Shown piece after piece: positions 36,801 to 50,459 of a DNA stretch of 64,000 nt. The stretch is from Albugo candida (taxonomy: Eukaryota), in NCBI GenBank assembly GCA_040437565.1, contig JBDOQK010000022.1:434001-498000 (forward strand), given 5' to 3'. Numbering within the stretch: the first letter of the stretch is position 1; each line of letters starts with the position of its first letter. Below the pieces are notes generated by a model. That model was not told the origin of the DNA. It did not search any database and worked only from the letters and a program-made list of their open reading frames with translations. Both the position numbers and the translations under genes were made by a program.

Positions 36801-38172
36801 CGCTGTGATGGAAATGTCAACAATGAAGGTTATACTGAGTCTTACGGCGATATGGGGTGTACCGGCTAAGCATGGTGATATCCCAAATGATTACGTTAAG
36901 CTGACAAGGAGGAGCACCTGAAGATATTGCTGCATGTGCCAAGCGGCATGAGAATTAACGAAGAGCATTTCGAGATACTTGTAGCGACTAAAAATGTGAC
37001 GTCGCGCTCTAGCTGAAGAAGAGCCTCTATGGGCTTAAACAAGCAGGACGACTCTGGAGTCAACTGCTGCAGACAAAACTTCAAGACGCAGGATTCAAAC
37101 AGCGCATTAGTGATATGTGCCTATTCTAAAAGCGCGACGGTCATGAGATGATAATGGTGGGTTTCTACGTTGATGACCTCCTAGTCACAGCGACCACGGT
37201 TGAAGGCGTCGATTGGTTATATACGGATATGAAATCGCTTTCGATCAAAAAATAGGACCAGTTTCAAAATTTCTTGGTATTCGAATGAAGGCGCTCGACA
37301 CGAGCGCGTACGTTCTGGACCAGAAGGAGGCGATTGATGAGCTGTTTCGGGAGCACGGGCTAGTGTTGGATAATTCTTCATTTACACCGATCAGCGACGA
37401 CTGCTACAATAAAGTTGGATCGAGCAGCGCCCTTCTAAAAATGGTAGAGCCTGGAAACCAACAATCAAGTCGTTTCAGTCCCTTGTTGGTAGCCTACTGT
37501 GGGTCGCACGATGCACTCGGCCTGATATCACGTTTGCGGTACACAAGGCAACACTTCAGACACATGAGCCGATAGAACAAGACTGGAAACTGGCAAAGAG
37601 AATTGCCCGATGCCTCGGTGAGAGAAAGGACATGCGACTCGAGATGCGCACTGATGCCAAGAACAAAAGTGAATCTACTCTGGAATCCTACAGCGATGCG
37701 GACTTCGCCGCAGACAAGAGCGACATGAATTCTCTATCAGGTACTATATATATGCTTAACAAATGCCCGTGAGCTGGGCTGCGAAGAACAAGGAGGAGTC
37801 TCGCTCTCGACAATGGAAGCCGAGTTCGTAGCAGCATCAGAAACGGCTCGCGAGCTTCTCGGAGTCCGGGAGATGGTAATGGAAGTTGGACTGACGCCGA
37901 TTATATCCATGCGGATGCACGTAGATAATCAAGCAGCTACTCGTAAGATCGAAGGCGAGGCTATTTCATTGAAGGCTAAACATATCGACGTGCGCCTCAA
38001 GTTTATTAAGGACTTCGTTCATCGAGGCAGCCTTGAGCCACGCTTCGTCCAGTCTGAGCTCATGCTCGCGGATCTATTGACCAAGGCAGTAGACAAGCAC
38101 AAGCACGCCAAGCTGCGACCGATAGTGGGTTTACACTAGCTAAGGTGACGATGATGCGATCGCGATGAGGAG

Positions 38173-38406
38173 TGTTGACGAAGGGTGTGTTGTTGTCAAG
38201 TTACGCTATCACACAATGCAGGTTGGTAACGGTACAGGATTACCGACGCGCGGCCAGACGATTTCTAATGCGCGATCGATACAATTACAAGGCATAGTCG
38301 AAGAAAGCAGTAGGCTTAGAGTAGCAAGATAGTTTGCGAACTAAGAACCTAAATGTATTTTCAGTATTCAGTGTGCCACCTGCTGAGCACTACGCATCTT
38401 CTAACA
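38173..38406 (+). repeat. 3' LTR
   Basis: TGTTGA...CTAACA, preceded by the PPT and followed by the TSD CATTA. Confidence 0.92.
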
Positions 38407-39049
38407 CATTACACCTTTAGTGAATCAGAAAGGCTTACGTCTCGGAATCAAAGCGGAAAGTAAAACATTGCAGAACTCCTTAATGCAAGCCATTCTTGAA
38501 GCCAATACATTCCATATGTCTCATCAGCGTACAATCTATTTAAAAAAGCTAATATCATTCCATTTCTTTGTAGATATTACATGCTACATCTTGTAATATT
38601 ATTATCCCCGCGGTGTTTAGAACCATGGTATCTGGAGCAGTGATTAGCTATCTTTCGATCAGAAGTTTCGACCATTACGCGTTCGTTTCCAGTGAGAGGG
38701 TCGTCGAGCTATGTGCAGTGGAGATTTCTTAAAATATTGAGAGCAGTCTACATCTACAGGAATCGCACGGCAATCCGATATCGTATGATTCGTTTATTCG
38801 TTTCAGTTGCACGTTGAGATGAATCGCGATTGCGCAACTGAGAATTATTTACTGTAGAAAGAACCTTTACATATAAAAGAATCGACCATCCAACATTGTA
38901 TTCAAGTTTTGCTTTTAACTCTCGTGATGCGAATGAATATATTGCGTCAACCTGGTGTATTTCTCTTGGATGAGATTTCATCAAACAAATTTAAAGTTGT
39001 TCGAATCAGATATGCAAACAGATTTGCATCATTTCGTTATAAAATAAAA

Positions 39050-40900
39050 AAAGGACCGTGACTTTCCCCTGATCTCTCAAGTTCATCTCACTAAATGCAC
39101 TATGCATCGAAAGTACACCGCAGCTCGTACTTGGAATGACGGCTTTCTGTTCACTCCAAGAGCCATATAGAAAAAAAATCTGCACCAATGATCCTAGATG
39201 CCACATGCCACAAAGAAAAGAGTTCGACATGTGATCGGAGGTTGAAGAACGCAAACTCGTGTGACTAAAGATATCATGTCTACCGAATAGAGTTCCTTGT
39301 TCTCGAGACCATACTGTGAAAATCAATTTCTTCTAGAAGTAGAATTCCTTGGACACGGTTCAATTCGTCATGATGCGATATAAAGTTATGCTCGATTGAA
39401 GATGTCAAGATAAGAAGTTGTCGAGTCAAAAAGAAATGAGCAGATATTGATGTTGCAATGGGGTTTGAAGCAGCTTGCGCAATTCATGAAGAATATGAAA
39501 GAAGGTATTTTCCTCAGATCGTGTTTGTTCGGATCCACGGATTTCTTTTAGTGACACCTTACCATTGTTTTATGACCAATATATGCAATATGCTTGATGA
39601 TATTCCGAATCTGATTATATTCGGTGTGGGAAATGGAAAACCAATTAACTCAGCAAGACGCTCTGGCTGAACAGTACCAGATGATTATGTTTTGCGGAAT
39701 GAACTATTATTGTTGCATTATTTTGGCTGGAACGCACAATGGATCTGTTTCCGAACACAGTAGTGAATTACAGGCTCCAATGCGTGAAGTTCCACGAGAT
39801 GACGCATTTCATACTTTGGAACATGAAGAAACTTAACTATGACATTTCACATGCCTAAAATATTATAGTACTCGAAGAGAGAAAACATGAAACACGTTAG
39901 GCACATGAATCTCCTTTATGCGTTTAGCACTTGCCCCAAATTGAGCAGTATTGTGCAAAACCATCGACTGAAACGTCCTGTCAAAATACTTTTTGGCAAC
40001 TGTTAACCCATGCTGAAAGTATCTCAGACTTCATCTGTCGTCAGGATTCGAAATTGCTTGCGCATGCTTTGTAGTAATCACCCTCGCTCGTCGTCACTAA
40101 AGATCAATATTTCATAAGACAATTGACATGACTTGTTATGCCAGAACACCTACATGCAAGTCTGATGTACGTTAAGCGTAAGTACTCCTTGATGTGTCAC
40201 CACAAGCATAAGGAACACTCTTGGCACTTATGATCGAGATGGGACTTAGAAGGATAATGTGAAACGTCAATATCCAGCCAACTATGGGCAGTCGCATGTG
40301 AAGTATGCATACCGTACTTGCTCACAATGCCACACCGAATGATACCTGACTAGTGTCCACGTTTCAAGACCCAATTTTGTTTCACGTGGCTTTTCTATCC
40401 ATCTACAACATGACCGAACCCCTTCATCAGCTTCTAGACTGTTCGTTCTTGAGTTGTAATGATGAGAACGCTCTTGAATGCTTCAACGCAATCAGGAATG
40501 TCAAATGTTACAAAATGAGTTTATTTGTTTCCATCAATATCTTCAAACTTATTTAAGCATGTGAGCACTGATGCTTCGCGAATTTTCATGCCTGCTATTT
40601 ACACTCGAGATTTTCGCAAGCTGTCTGTGGTGCACGTCTTGATGCAAGTTTTGTTACTTTATAGCTCAGCTGCGTACTCTACAACTTCAATCAGCGAGGA
40701 TGTTTACGTCTCAAGCATCAAAGAGAAACCAAAATGCTTAAAAAGCTACTATCTAAATCAGTTTCAAACTCACGATAATCCATACGATCCCATGAGCGTG
40801 CAATCTATTTAACGAACATTCCATGCGAGCACAAACATTTCATACCGACAAGATAGCCTCCGACATCTTGTAATATGACCTTGTCGGTATGCGAAAAGTG
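39050..40900 (-). pseudogene. Relic of second CCG-like family, copy 2b
   Basis: Collinear with 50460-52540; minus-strand remnants ILQDVGG (~40860-40880) and CLTCFMFSLF (~39880-39905); no long ORF. Ends approximate. Confidence 0.45.
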
Positions 40901-41375
40901 ATCCGATCTCATGTGAAGGACACATGATCTAGTAAGAAAGTAACCAAGGAGTATTCCGAGAAATCCAGATACGAGGCCTTTTGTGATGCACGTGGCGTTC
41001 AGAAACGTAGAATGTCGAGTTGCCTCAACTATTACTCAACATAAAATAATCGACCGGTACATTTGAATTGAATGGAGAGTACAGAGAATCTTGGAAGGAT
41101 GATAGTTGGAGACAATCACGGATTTCTGGTGCTTGAATTGCCTTTTAGAAGCGATAGCGCTCAGGCAAAAAGATGATACAGGAATGGTTGGACGCAAAAT
41201 ACGATGGTAGATTCTATGCTTTGAGAGATACGTGACTTATGATTGATATGGAGAAGCGTGAAACGTGATTTTTCGATTGGAGATCGTGCAATCAGCACTC
41301 TGACTCCATATATAAATTCTTTTATTCCTCAACATCCCTGAAACGGTGTAGTCACTCTACATCAAACCAGGTACA

Positions 41376-42029
41376 ATGTTCTCCCTTTTATTGTGTCTCT
41401 AGAACTATTCATATCCTAAAGTGGTTTCATCGCACCTTTATACGATGCTGGTAGACTGTACGTATTTCTCAGTTGTTCATGTCCCTCACATTGAAACAGA
41501 CGGTATAGAAAAATAAAAAGCATCTACGGTAATAAGCCCTGCATTCCACCACGTTAATGCCCTCCAACCGTTGGACTTCACAGTGAACTACACACAAACT
41601 CATACCAAATTACGTTTTCTTTCTAGTCGGTTGTGTAGAACTCGAGCGCACCTAAAAAACTATTCTAGGATTAGAGCGGCCAAGAGCGACTTCGTACAAT
41701 ATGGTGCAATACTACAGCGAGAGTCATGGTATCATATCCGTGGTAGACGCTGTCACTGAGCATCGTTTCGACGAAGCCAAACGCACAATTTAAACATGCT
41801 TACAGATGAGGAGCTCATTTCTGTACCTGTGATCGTTTTAGCCAACTAAAATGATTGTAAAGACGCACATCCCATCAGTGCGATGGAGGAGCTCTTTCAA
41901 ATACAAAAGCTGACTTCAACACCAGGGAAACTTGTGTCCGTATCAGCAATCATAAAAGACGGAAGTCACGCGGCAATACAATGGATTTTGTATAAAGTGA
42001 GACAAAGTGAGCGTTTCCTAACACAATGA
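41376..42029 (+). pseudogene. ARFRP1 pseudogene (unprocessed)
   Basis: Nucleotide-collinear with 26740-27428 including intron remnants; several stops and frameshifts (e.g. GCCAACTAA in the NKxD motif). Confidence 0.92.
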
Positions 42030-42859
42030 ATCGATTTTCCCCAAATTTGTAGTTTTAGAGTCAACATTCCAACGCTTGCAATCGTTCCTATAGACTAAGA
42101 ATATCAGTTGAGCTTTCTATTATGTAATTCGTTTGTTTACGATCCAAAATATCAAAACGTTCCTTTGTATCAAATTGCTTTCCTTTGACAGCTTTTACTT
42201 TTTGAAGTGCTATTCCATTGCTTCATTTGATGTTGACCGCTGCCACTCTAATAACGTCGATTTTCATGCTTATACATGCTTCCGGTGCTCGCATCCAACC
42301 TTTAATCAAATTGCTGATGTGCCATTTGAACGTTTGCTATCTCTGACATAATTTGCGCGAGCAAGTTTCTATACATCTGTGATGATTTCTTCAAATGTGC
42401 AAATTTGTATATCCAGCTCTCAGACAAACCAATTTCACGGTAAATGAAAGCGTTGGGTCATACCACGTGTTCAGTTCACATGAAAGGAGTTGAAATAAAG
42501 TGTCAGGACATATATCAAATTTATGACACAGTACGACAGCGTCACCACAAACACATTTCTATGCTGCACGTATTTAGCGGCATTGAACGAGTATGAGGAC
42601 GATTGGATGCTTAAATCTCCGCGAGAATAAAGAAACTCACTGGAAAGAGTGGCATCACGAATTTTCTTTTCTCTGTGATTTCGGGTATTCAACTTCGTCA
42701 TTGAAGCAAACCACACATAAAAAGATGCTTCTGGTGGAGTTTATGGAGATTGGAGTTCATTCACAGTGCAATATCCGACATGGGACCAGTCGAGAAAGAT
42801 GTCGGAAGAGTACAACAAAGATGTTGAGACAATGCATTATCAAAAGACTTTCGATGCTG

Positions 42860-44620
42860 CTATTCAAGTTTTCCGAACTCACCGAATTTATATGCCTCAC
42901 GCACCATCGCAGAATAAGGAGTCCAATCATCAGATCCTTCCCCGAACAAATCCATCCAAGTGTTTCTATCCTGAACGTGATCTATCAACTCCTTACTGGA
43001 GATTGGACGAAGTGAACGGATATCGTGCTCGAATATTTTATCAGTTATCCTTAAACATTGGACGTATGGCGATTTTGATGCTACGTCTTCAAACAACATC
43101 CAGATGTGTCGCGGCTCAGTCGACACGAAAAAAACACTGTGCGCCAGAGAAAACAGGAGCAAGCAATTCGAATCCTTGTATTCAGCCAACACAAATAAGA
43201 CCATTGAATTAAAAGGGCGATCGTGCGTTTGAGAATTCGACTCACGTTTCAAGATAATGTCATTCATCTTGGATCGATACGAGATTAGGTTACTACGAGA
43301 AGGCATGTCATATTCGATACCCATATTCTGTAGCTTGGACTTGATCATTTCAGAATGGCGAGTACAAATGTCTCTTGGAATGATTTCAAGCCTACCGCAG
43401 GCACTTACATCTGATGGGGTAATGCAATTTTCAAGCCCACTTGTCGATTCGACTTGAATTGTTCCCATGATAGTTAAACCAGATAACTTCACTGCACTTT
43501 CCATATCAGGCTCGAGACATTTCTGGCATGCTTTGGCATCGGAACAGTAAGCCAGAATACATTCTTCGGCGTGGCCCGGCAAACCCGGCAAGATTTGTCT
43601 ACCAATAGGTGAAGGATCGAAATGCAATTGATAGCTTAGCAAACACCTTTCCATAGGAAGCTTCTCAAGATGGTAAAGTGCATTTTCATCATTTTTATTT
43701 TCAGGTATATCCTTGCTTGTCATAATCAATAGTAATCTATCCTCTGGAGGCACATATTCAGCCACCATCCAGTGCACGTAAAATAATGCTCCCGAAAACA
43801 ACTTATTGACAGAAAGAAGCACAGACAGACGAATTTTCAGTATGTCCATCTCATTCCTATACAAATTAGATGTTATCTTCGCACATATCAATCGAGATTT
43901 CGGACTCCTTGGCTTAATAGACTGTGTTCGACCAGGTTCCGTCGATCTTTAAAGAATCCTAGCTCGTGGGTCGGTGTAGAACTGTTGACATGCCTCATCA
44001 GGATAGTACTCCCTCTTGAACTCAAAACAAGCCCTGGAACCATCGCAAGTATTGACAATACTTTCCTGTTCGTACGATGAGAACATTACATAGAGGATAA
44101 ACACGCGATCCTTTACTCCTACAATAAATTCTCCAAGGACTTCGGAATCACTGTATTGTCTCAGACATCTTCTGCATGTACCACGAGGAGCACTATGATC
44201 GTGAATTAGACATACCGGTTTTTTGGCTCCTTCATTGCCTTTTTTCTTGGTTAACTCAAATGGTCTGTTTTTTGGAAGATCATCTTTCGTAGGTTCTTTG
44301 AGCGCATCAGGTAATGTATAACCCAAACTGTCTCTAAAGCAAAGATACGAGCAATAATTATGTACATTTTGAAAACCGTTCCAGGAAGTGATGATTGTTA
44401 ACACAAAAGGAGAGATGAGATCCGCCTTCATAGATACTCTATAGACTCCTGCCTCATAGAATAGACTCTCCTGACAATGGCTTTAATAAACCATCATCCA
44501 TATTCCATCAATTTCTTCGGATCGGCGATAATAACGTTTCACCACAAGTTCATCTAAGCTCGCGTCCAAAAAACTGGCGCGTATGCATGCAAGAATGCTC
44601 AATGGTCGTTGCGCACGCAT
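42860..44620 (-). pseudogene. CCG-like effector pseudogene, family 1 copy B
   Basis: ATG 44620 MRAQRPLSILACI; 1-nt deletion and a stop in the 5' part; motif CQESLFYEAG; CRRCLRQYSD and CQKCLEP; a single in-frame TAA at 43949-43951 separates otherwise continuous ORFs 43949-44431 and 42860-43891. Confidence 0.78.
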
Positions 44621-45509
44621 TACACAAATCGATAATGAGCAAATTAGCTGAATTCAAAGACGAGTCATCCATTCATTTCATGCAACCTTCCGGTCCCACG
44701 ATGTGCTGCTTCTTTTCCCAAAAAGAATGGTACGTTTTGAGTGGATGCTCTAATTTGAACCGATGAATCCTTTGTAGAAAGAGGTTGGGATTCTATGTAT
44801 AATACAGAATCTAATGACTTCATCATCGATAGGGTCTGCGCAGCTCCAGTATGCGGTGCTTTCTATTTTGCTCGGATTATCACTAGTCGGAGCAAAACAG
44901 TACTGTGGCAACATTTCCGCTGATGTTGCACGCTTTCAAATGATTAAGCTTTTGCATTACGAATGAATCAAAAGCATTACGCGACATTTTTATTACAGAC
45001 GCGTGCAATAACGACGCGGATGAGTTATCCGGCAAATAGTGTGCTTTCAAATTTATCGAAATATCACATATGGTGTTCCTTCGCGTTGATTGAATAATTG
45101 CCTGATTAGTTATTTTGAGTTTGATCACGCACTTTACTTCTCATTCACATCAATGACGTCACAAAGCTTCTACCGCGTCGGTATCAAAACATACGCTTTG
45201 TGGCAATTTATAGAATTGAAAAGGTACGACACCATCTTATTCTGCCTACGCTTGCATTCTTGGTACCGAGTATGCTGATTGCTGAAAGGTCTGCACCATT
45301 AGCATTCGCATGACTTTTCGTAATTTACTTAGACACTGGACAACAAAGTAGAGAAATCACTTCCTGATAACTGGAAACTTAAGGTGTGACGCTGAAATGT
45401 ACTCACTTTAAGTATTGGAAGCGCTGTTTCTCATATCTAATAAGTCACTAGACTGTCCTCGCCCGATCTTGAACCTAGTAGATGCATACGTATACCTGCA
45501 TCATTCAGA

Positions 45510-47520
45510 TGAAGACTTTTCTCACTCGAGTCTATTTTATTACAATTATTTGCGACTTTGCATCGGAGTAAAGTATAGCTGCATTTGGATTCGCCGCATA
45601 ATGTCCAATCCCAAGACCGCTGAAACTACTAAAGACCAATCATATCATTTCAAAGGACCGAGATGTCATGTGCCCTGAAATATTTGAATTTGACACGCCC
45701 GCGAAGATAAAAACGCGCAAACTCGTGTAGCTAGAGATGGAACCATTCTATGTATGAATTCAATATACATCATTTTTGGAATCAAAGAATTGCTGCAGTG
45801 CAATCCTTCACAATGCGACAAGTAATTTGTTGCGCCTCCAAAACAGAGTCGACGTGAGAATACCTTCGAGGAAATCAAAAGAGCCGATATCGATCTTTTA
45901 GGAGTTTGGGCCATCTAATTCATTGTTGATGAAGAAATAGGAAAGCCTTTAAAATTTAGTTTATTCACAATATCACGAAGCGACATCTTACGGGAACGTT
46001 AGCTCGTCTATACGGTTTGATCTTGGCTTCATTCCAAGACCGAAGGAATACATTTCAATTGCTGCTTTCTTCTCGCAATGGGCTCGGCAACATGTTTTAG
46101 CTGGATAGCAACAGATGATAACGTTTTACTGCATAACTTCGCTCTTGCATAGAGTTGGCTGAAATGCGCATTGTCATGGCTTGCGATTTTAAGTGTGAGA
46201 AGGTCGATAAGATCTCCCATTATATTGTACAACGTAAAGAAGCTTCGTTATAGCTCTCCACGCATTTGAGAGAAACGCTTTATTCGACGAGTGAATGTAC
46301 GTAGAATGCCACGCATAGGCGCCCCAATACTAGCTAGCTAACTTTTAGCAACCTGATCAATTCAATGGTAGAAGAGAGAATATTGACTACAGCATTCTGT
46401 CGGTAGGCTTGGCGACAAACCCTATCCAGTTGTGGAAGTATCTATTACTTCTTACGTTGTCTGGATTCGTGAATATCTTGTGCATAATTTGTACTGAAAA
46501 TTCTCGATTCGTCGTTCCTGATGAGCTACCTGATGAGCAATTCACTTGAGACATATCTAAGGAGGTGCTAAGTCCGACACAACTAAAACGACAACGTCGT
46601 CTTCACTATACGGCGATTATTATCATAGAGTCAACACTTGCTTATTGTAGAATGCTTGACACCCATGATCAGGGAGAGTTATCTTGGAGTTATATTGTCA
46701 AACATCGAGCTTTGTCTCGCCAAATGTTCCCTGACTCGTCTCTATATTCAACCTTTTTTTTTAATCACGCATCATCCGCACCCATATCAACATGATATAA
46801 AATCTGCATGGAAGACCATTTTCCTTTAATCAGATGTGATGAACTGATAATTTACTTTTACCGTCAGCGTTATAATCATTCCTCGATGAAGGATTGCATT
46901 ATTTTCATGATTTCTCTTCACTTTGAATTTTCGTTAGCTTTTCAGCAAAGGCAGACTGAGTTCCGAGTATGCAAACGCTATTGCCCAGTCGTGTCACGTC
47001 CGAAACATAAGTACTCCATTACATCTTGAATGAATAAGAAAGGATTAAGTCTCGGAGTCAAAGCCGAAAGCAAAACGTTTGAGAATTCCTCAAGCCAGGC
47101 CATTCTTGAAGTCAACACATTTTATCTGGTGTCATCAGCGTGCGATGTATTCTAAAAAAGCTTATACCATTCCATTTCTTTGGGCAGATTGCCTGCTACA
47201 TCTTGCAACATTGTGATGCACGCGGTGTTAAAAAACAAAGTGTCTCGAGCAGCAATTTAACTATGTTTCAAAATGGAAGTTCCGACCATGAGCGCGTTCT
47301 TTTCCAGTGAAAGGATCGCGAGCTATGTGCAAGAGAAATTTTGTAACTGTCAGATCAATCAAAAAAAGCTAGGTACTGTACATCTTGAGGATTCCAGATG
47401 GCAAGTATCGTATGTTTCGTTCGGTTGCATAGTGAGCTGAATTCCGATTGCACGAAAATTGAAATTCGTTTATTGTAGAAAGGACCTTTACATACAAAAG
47501 AATCCGCCATCCAGTTTTTA
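45510..47520 (-). pseudogene. Relic of second CCG-like family, copy 2c
   Basis: Uninterrupted paralog of 32140-33554 plus 38412-38900; minus strand TGCATCACAATGTTGCAAGATGTAGCAGGC = CITMLQDVAG at ~47191-47220. Confidence 0.45.
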
Positions 47521-50459
47521 TTCGAGGTTTAGCTTAACACATTTCTTGATCCGAATCAACAAAGGGCATCCATGTGGTCGCTTTCTTTTGGTACTGACGA
47601 ATACAACAGTAAGATATCGCATCCGAGTAGGGTATTGCGACTGTCACTTGGTATCACGTTCTCGCTCCCAAGCGTCACGAGCCTTATTGCCTTACTTTTG
47701 AAGATACAAATATGCCACTTTTGATTTTATAAAACCTGAGACAACGGTTAGAATGAAATCTCGTTTTAAGAAGATCATGAACATTTGCTTCGCACACTTG
47801 ACGGTAAACGCGCCACCAGATCCAACACAGGGATTGTCCACCTAGACCATTCGCTCGTGCACAACTCGACAACATAAGCGAGCACGTCTTTGTGTGCAGC
47901 GATACCCCATCTTTACTGAAGAGAAGAACGCATTAAACTCATTGTTTGATCTAATTTTCTGAAGAACGGCCCATCAAATTGGATTGATACTTGATATTGC
48001 GAGCGCTTGCGTTGCGTGATCTCGGCTAGAGAGGTTCCGCGCTATGATGCGCGACATTCCACTCTATTACAAGTGTTCCGTTTTTATCAATTTCTCTTTT
48101 TCTACAGCAGTTCTATTCATAGCGAGTTGTTTTGGCCAAGAAAGAACTTATATATCAATGAGAAGCCCTTCATGTGTACATTTTTATTTACAATATATCT
48201 TACTCAAAAAAAAGCGCTCAATCAAACCGATCAGTCCCAATTCATGTACCCATACACGATGGTTAGAGTTTTACCAAATTTTCAGCACAAATTTCACCGT
48301 GTCACGGCACATCTATAGCACCGTAACAAGCATGTTTGCATGGTACACGGACTTAGCGGCATTGAACAAGAACGATAGAACGCTTTGTTATTGCATATCA
48401 ATAATGTAGTTACTTGTAGCGGTATGAACTCCTAGGGTAACACAATTGGAGAACTTTTGACTCCAAGTGTTCTTACGAAGAAATGTGTATGATTTATCAA
48501 AGCATGAATCAGACTATACGTATGAAGAAAGCTTCCGTTTTCGTTTGATTTGAGTAAAAGGTCCATTCGCTACTTTCAATTCTCTGTCAATATACCCACA
48601 TCTATCCAGGTGTTATGTCATCTTTTCATAGGAGATTGGAAGAAATGCATAAACATGTTTGTTGAATCCTGGCTTCGCTGTTGTCTCACATTTAAGTGGA
48701 TTCAATTTCGCTTCTTCTTCGATCTCGGAAATGTAATGCGACTTGACTGACACGAGAACGACATTGTGCGTCGGAGAATAGAAGTGCAAGCATATTGGAT
48801 CATCGTGTTCAGCGACACTAAATGTGACGATAGGACCGGAAACATCGAAGGGCTTTCAAGATTCAAAGAAAATGCGGGGAGAACATTTCCTCCTGAGATA
48901 AATACAAAATCGACGGTAGCGTTTTTGACATAATATATATTCATGTACAAAACGTTCTGTGAAGATAACTGTGTTATAAGAAACACTTTGATATCAGACC
49001 ATTGCTGAAGGCTTTGTAATGGTATACATCTGGGTCACATTCTAAGAGCTTTTGCATAAATCTCAGCATCCATAAGCAAGAACTAAAATATTTGACATCT
49101 AGCACATGACATTCTCAATTTGAGTGCTCGAATCTGTGGGGATCATCAAAAGCTGGCGGCAGGCTCTTTCCCATTTGCGAGAGGGTGCTTTGCAACATTT
49201 ACTTTTAAAAGGAGAATTGATGGTTCGTATTGACCTTTGTTGCTAATACCTTCTTTCTGACATGATGCACATTCCTGCACTGATCCGAACGAACCGTTAT
49301 TTATCCGGCACATGCAATAAGATCTGATGAACGATCAGTGATATATCAAAACGCAATAGGTAGCTTACAGAACACTGGTCAAGTCAACTTTCGTGAGACG
49401 AAAGAAGCCTTCTGTATCGTACTCATATTGCGTGATAGCGTTTTCTCATAACTAGATATACGGTAGGAGGCGATACCAACCCGTACACATACCTTCGTTA
49501 CGCATAGGATGCAAAATAGATCATACGCTCAAATATAGCCATCGGGCGACTTTCTATGATTATTTGCGCTTTTTAATGCTTTTTGAAGTTCACACACCTC
49601 ACAAGATTGTTCATTGTTTTTCTAACACGATCATGTTGCCCCAAAAGTACCTCTTTGAGACTTCCTTTTTCGTACTTCAGGGGACCTTTATGGATACACC
49701 ATCAGAATATTTGTCCAACCCAAATGGATTCAACAATGCCGGACTAAGAGAAATCATCGACCATTTGGATTTCTGTAGCGCAATGTGGCATTACATAGAA
49801 AGAATATAGACCCACACTTGATCCGATGAGAGCTGGACTGAGAACTATGAAACCAGTATGCTGCCTCAGGGATTTTCTGTATATACCAGTAGCCATGAAA
49901 CTACATTGAACCATACAAACCATTTCTTTGCTGATCTGCTACTCTCCGGCCATATAGTAGCTTGTTAGTCATTTTTGAAAGAGCGATCTATCCCTTCTTC
50001 CAAAGTATCTATGAAACGAACCGATAGTACAATGCGTGTCTAATCTAGTGCATGAGTATGAGTATGCTAGAAACCGTCTCAGGAAGACGTGGCTTCCATA
50101 CCAGTAAATGCGTTCAATATTTTATCAGGTGAGAATCCACCAGCTCCTGCTTTAAAGAGAAGGCCACTCTGGCAATTGCTGTACTGATACTACATCCCTT
50201 CTCCATGTACGCTTTTTTCCCCAACGCTATAAAGTTGTTTTACTGAACATTGACTACAGAATACTATCTAGGATCTATGCAAGAATAGTTTTTTGGTGTT
50301 ATGCAAGAGTTTAACGAAGTCGATCATGAAAGAATCAACTGAATAGGATGAGGCTACAACTAACGGATACGTGAAAGATTCCAGCAACGCTTATCATCCA
50401 TAACTGATCTTTTGGCGAATCAGAGATGTATGAGAAAGCTATATCATTTCATTATATAA

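Larger units (their letters stand above)
33555..38406 (+). mobile_element. Full-length but degenerate Ty1/copia LTR retrotransposon with 5-bp TSD (CATTA)
   Basis: LTRs 33555-33811 and 38173-38406; CATTA at 33550-33554 and 38407-38411; PBS-like GGATATGAGCCCA; gag, knuckle CFGCGKVGYI, protease LDSGSSRHL, integrase, RT (KWVFQTK, KARLVA, YVDDL), RNase H (SDADFA, EAEFVA, DNQAA, KHIDVR); PPT GAGGAG; many frameshifts. Confidence 0.95.
32140..38900 (-). pseudogene. Relic of second CCG-like family, copy 2a (split by copia at 33555-38406)
   Basis: Collinear with 45510-47520 and more distantly with 39050-40900 and 50460-52540; ILQDVAC at ~38580-38600 matches the CITMLQDVAG of copy 2c. Ends approximate. 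Confidence 0.45.
26283..41065 (+). repeat. Segmental tandem repeat unit 1 (ARFRP1 + CCG family-1 gene + two family-2 relics + copia insertion)
   Basis: Starts ATGGAGAGTACAGAGA...GATGATAGT, which recurs at ~41070 and ~52735. Internal landmarks are collinear with units 2 and 3. Boundaries approximate. Confidence 0.85.

Noticed and set aside
34150-37800. Programmed frameshifting or readthrough in the copia polyprotein
   Set aside because: Frameshifts and stops are numerous and fall inside conserved domains, and the LTRs are diverged; this is decay.
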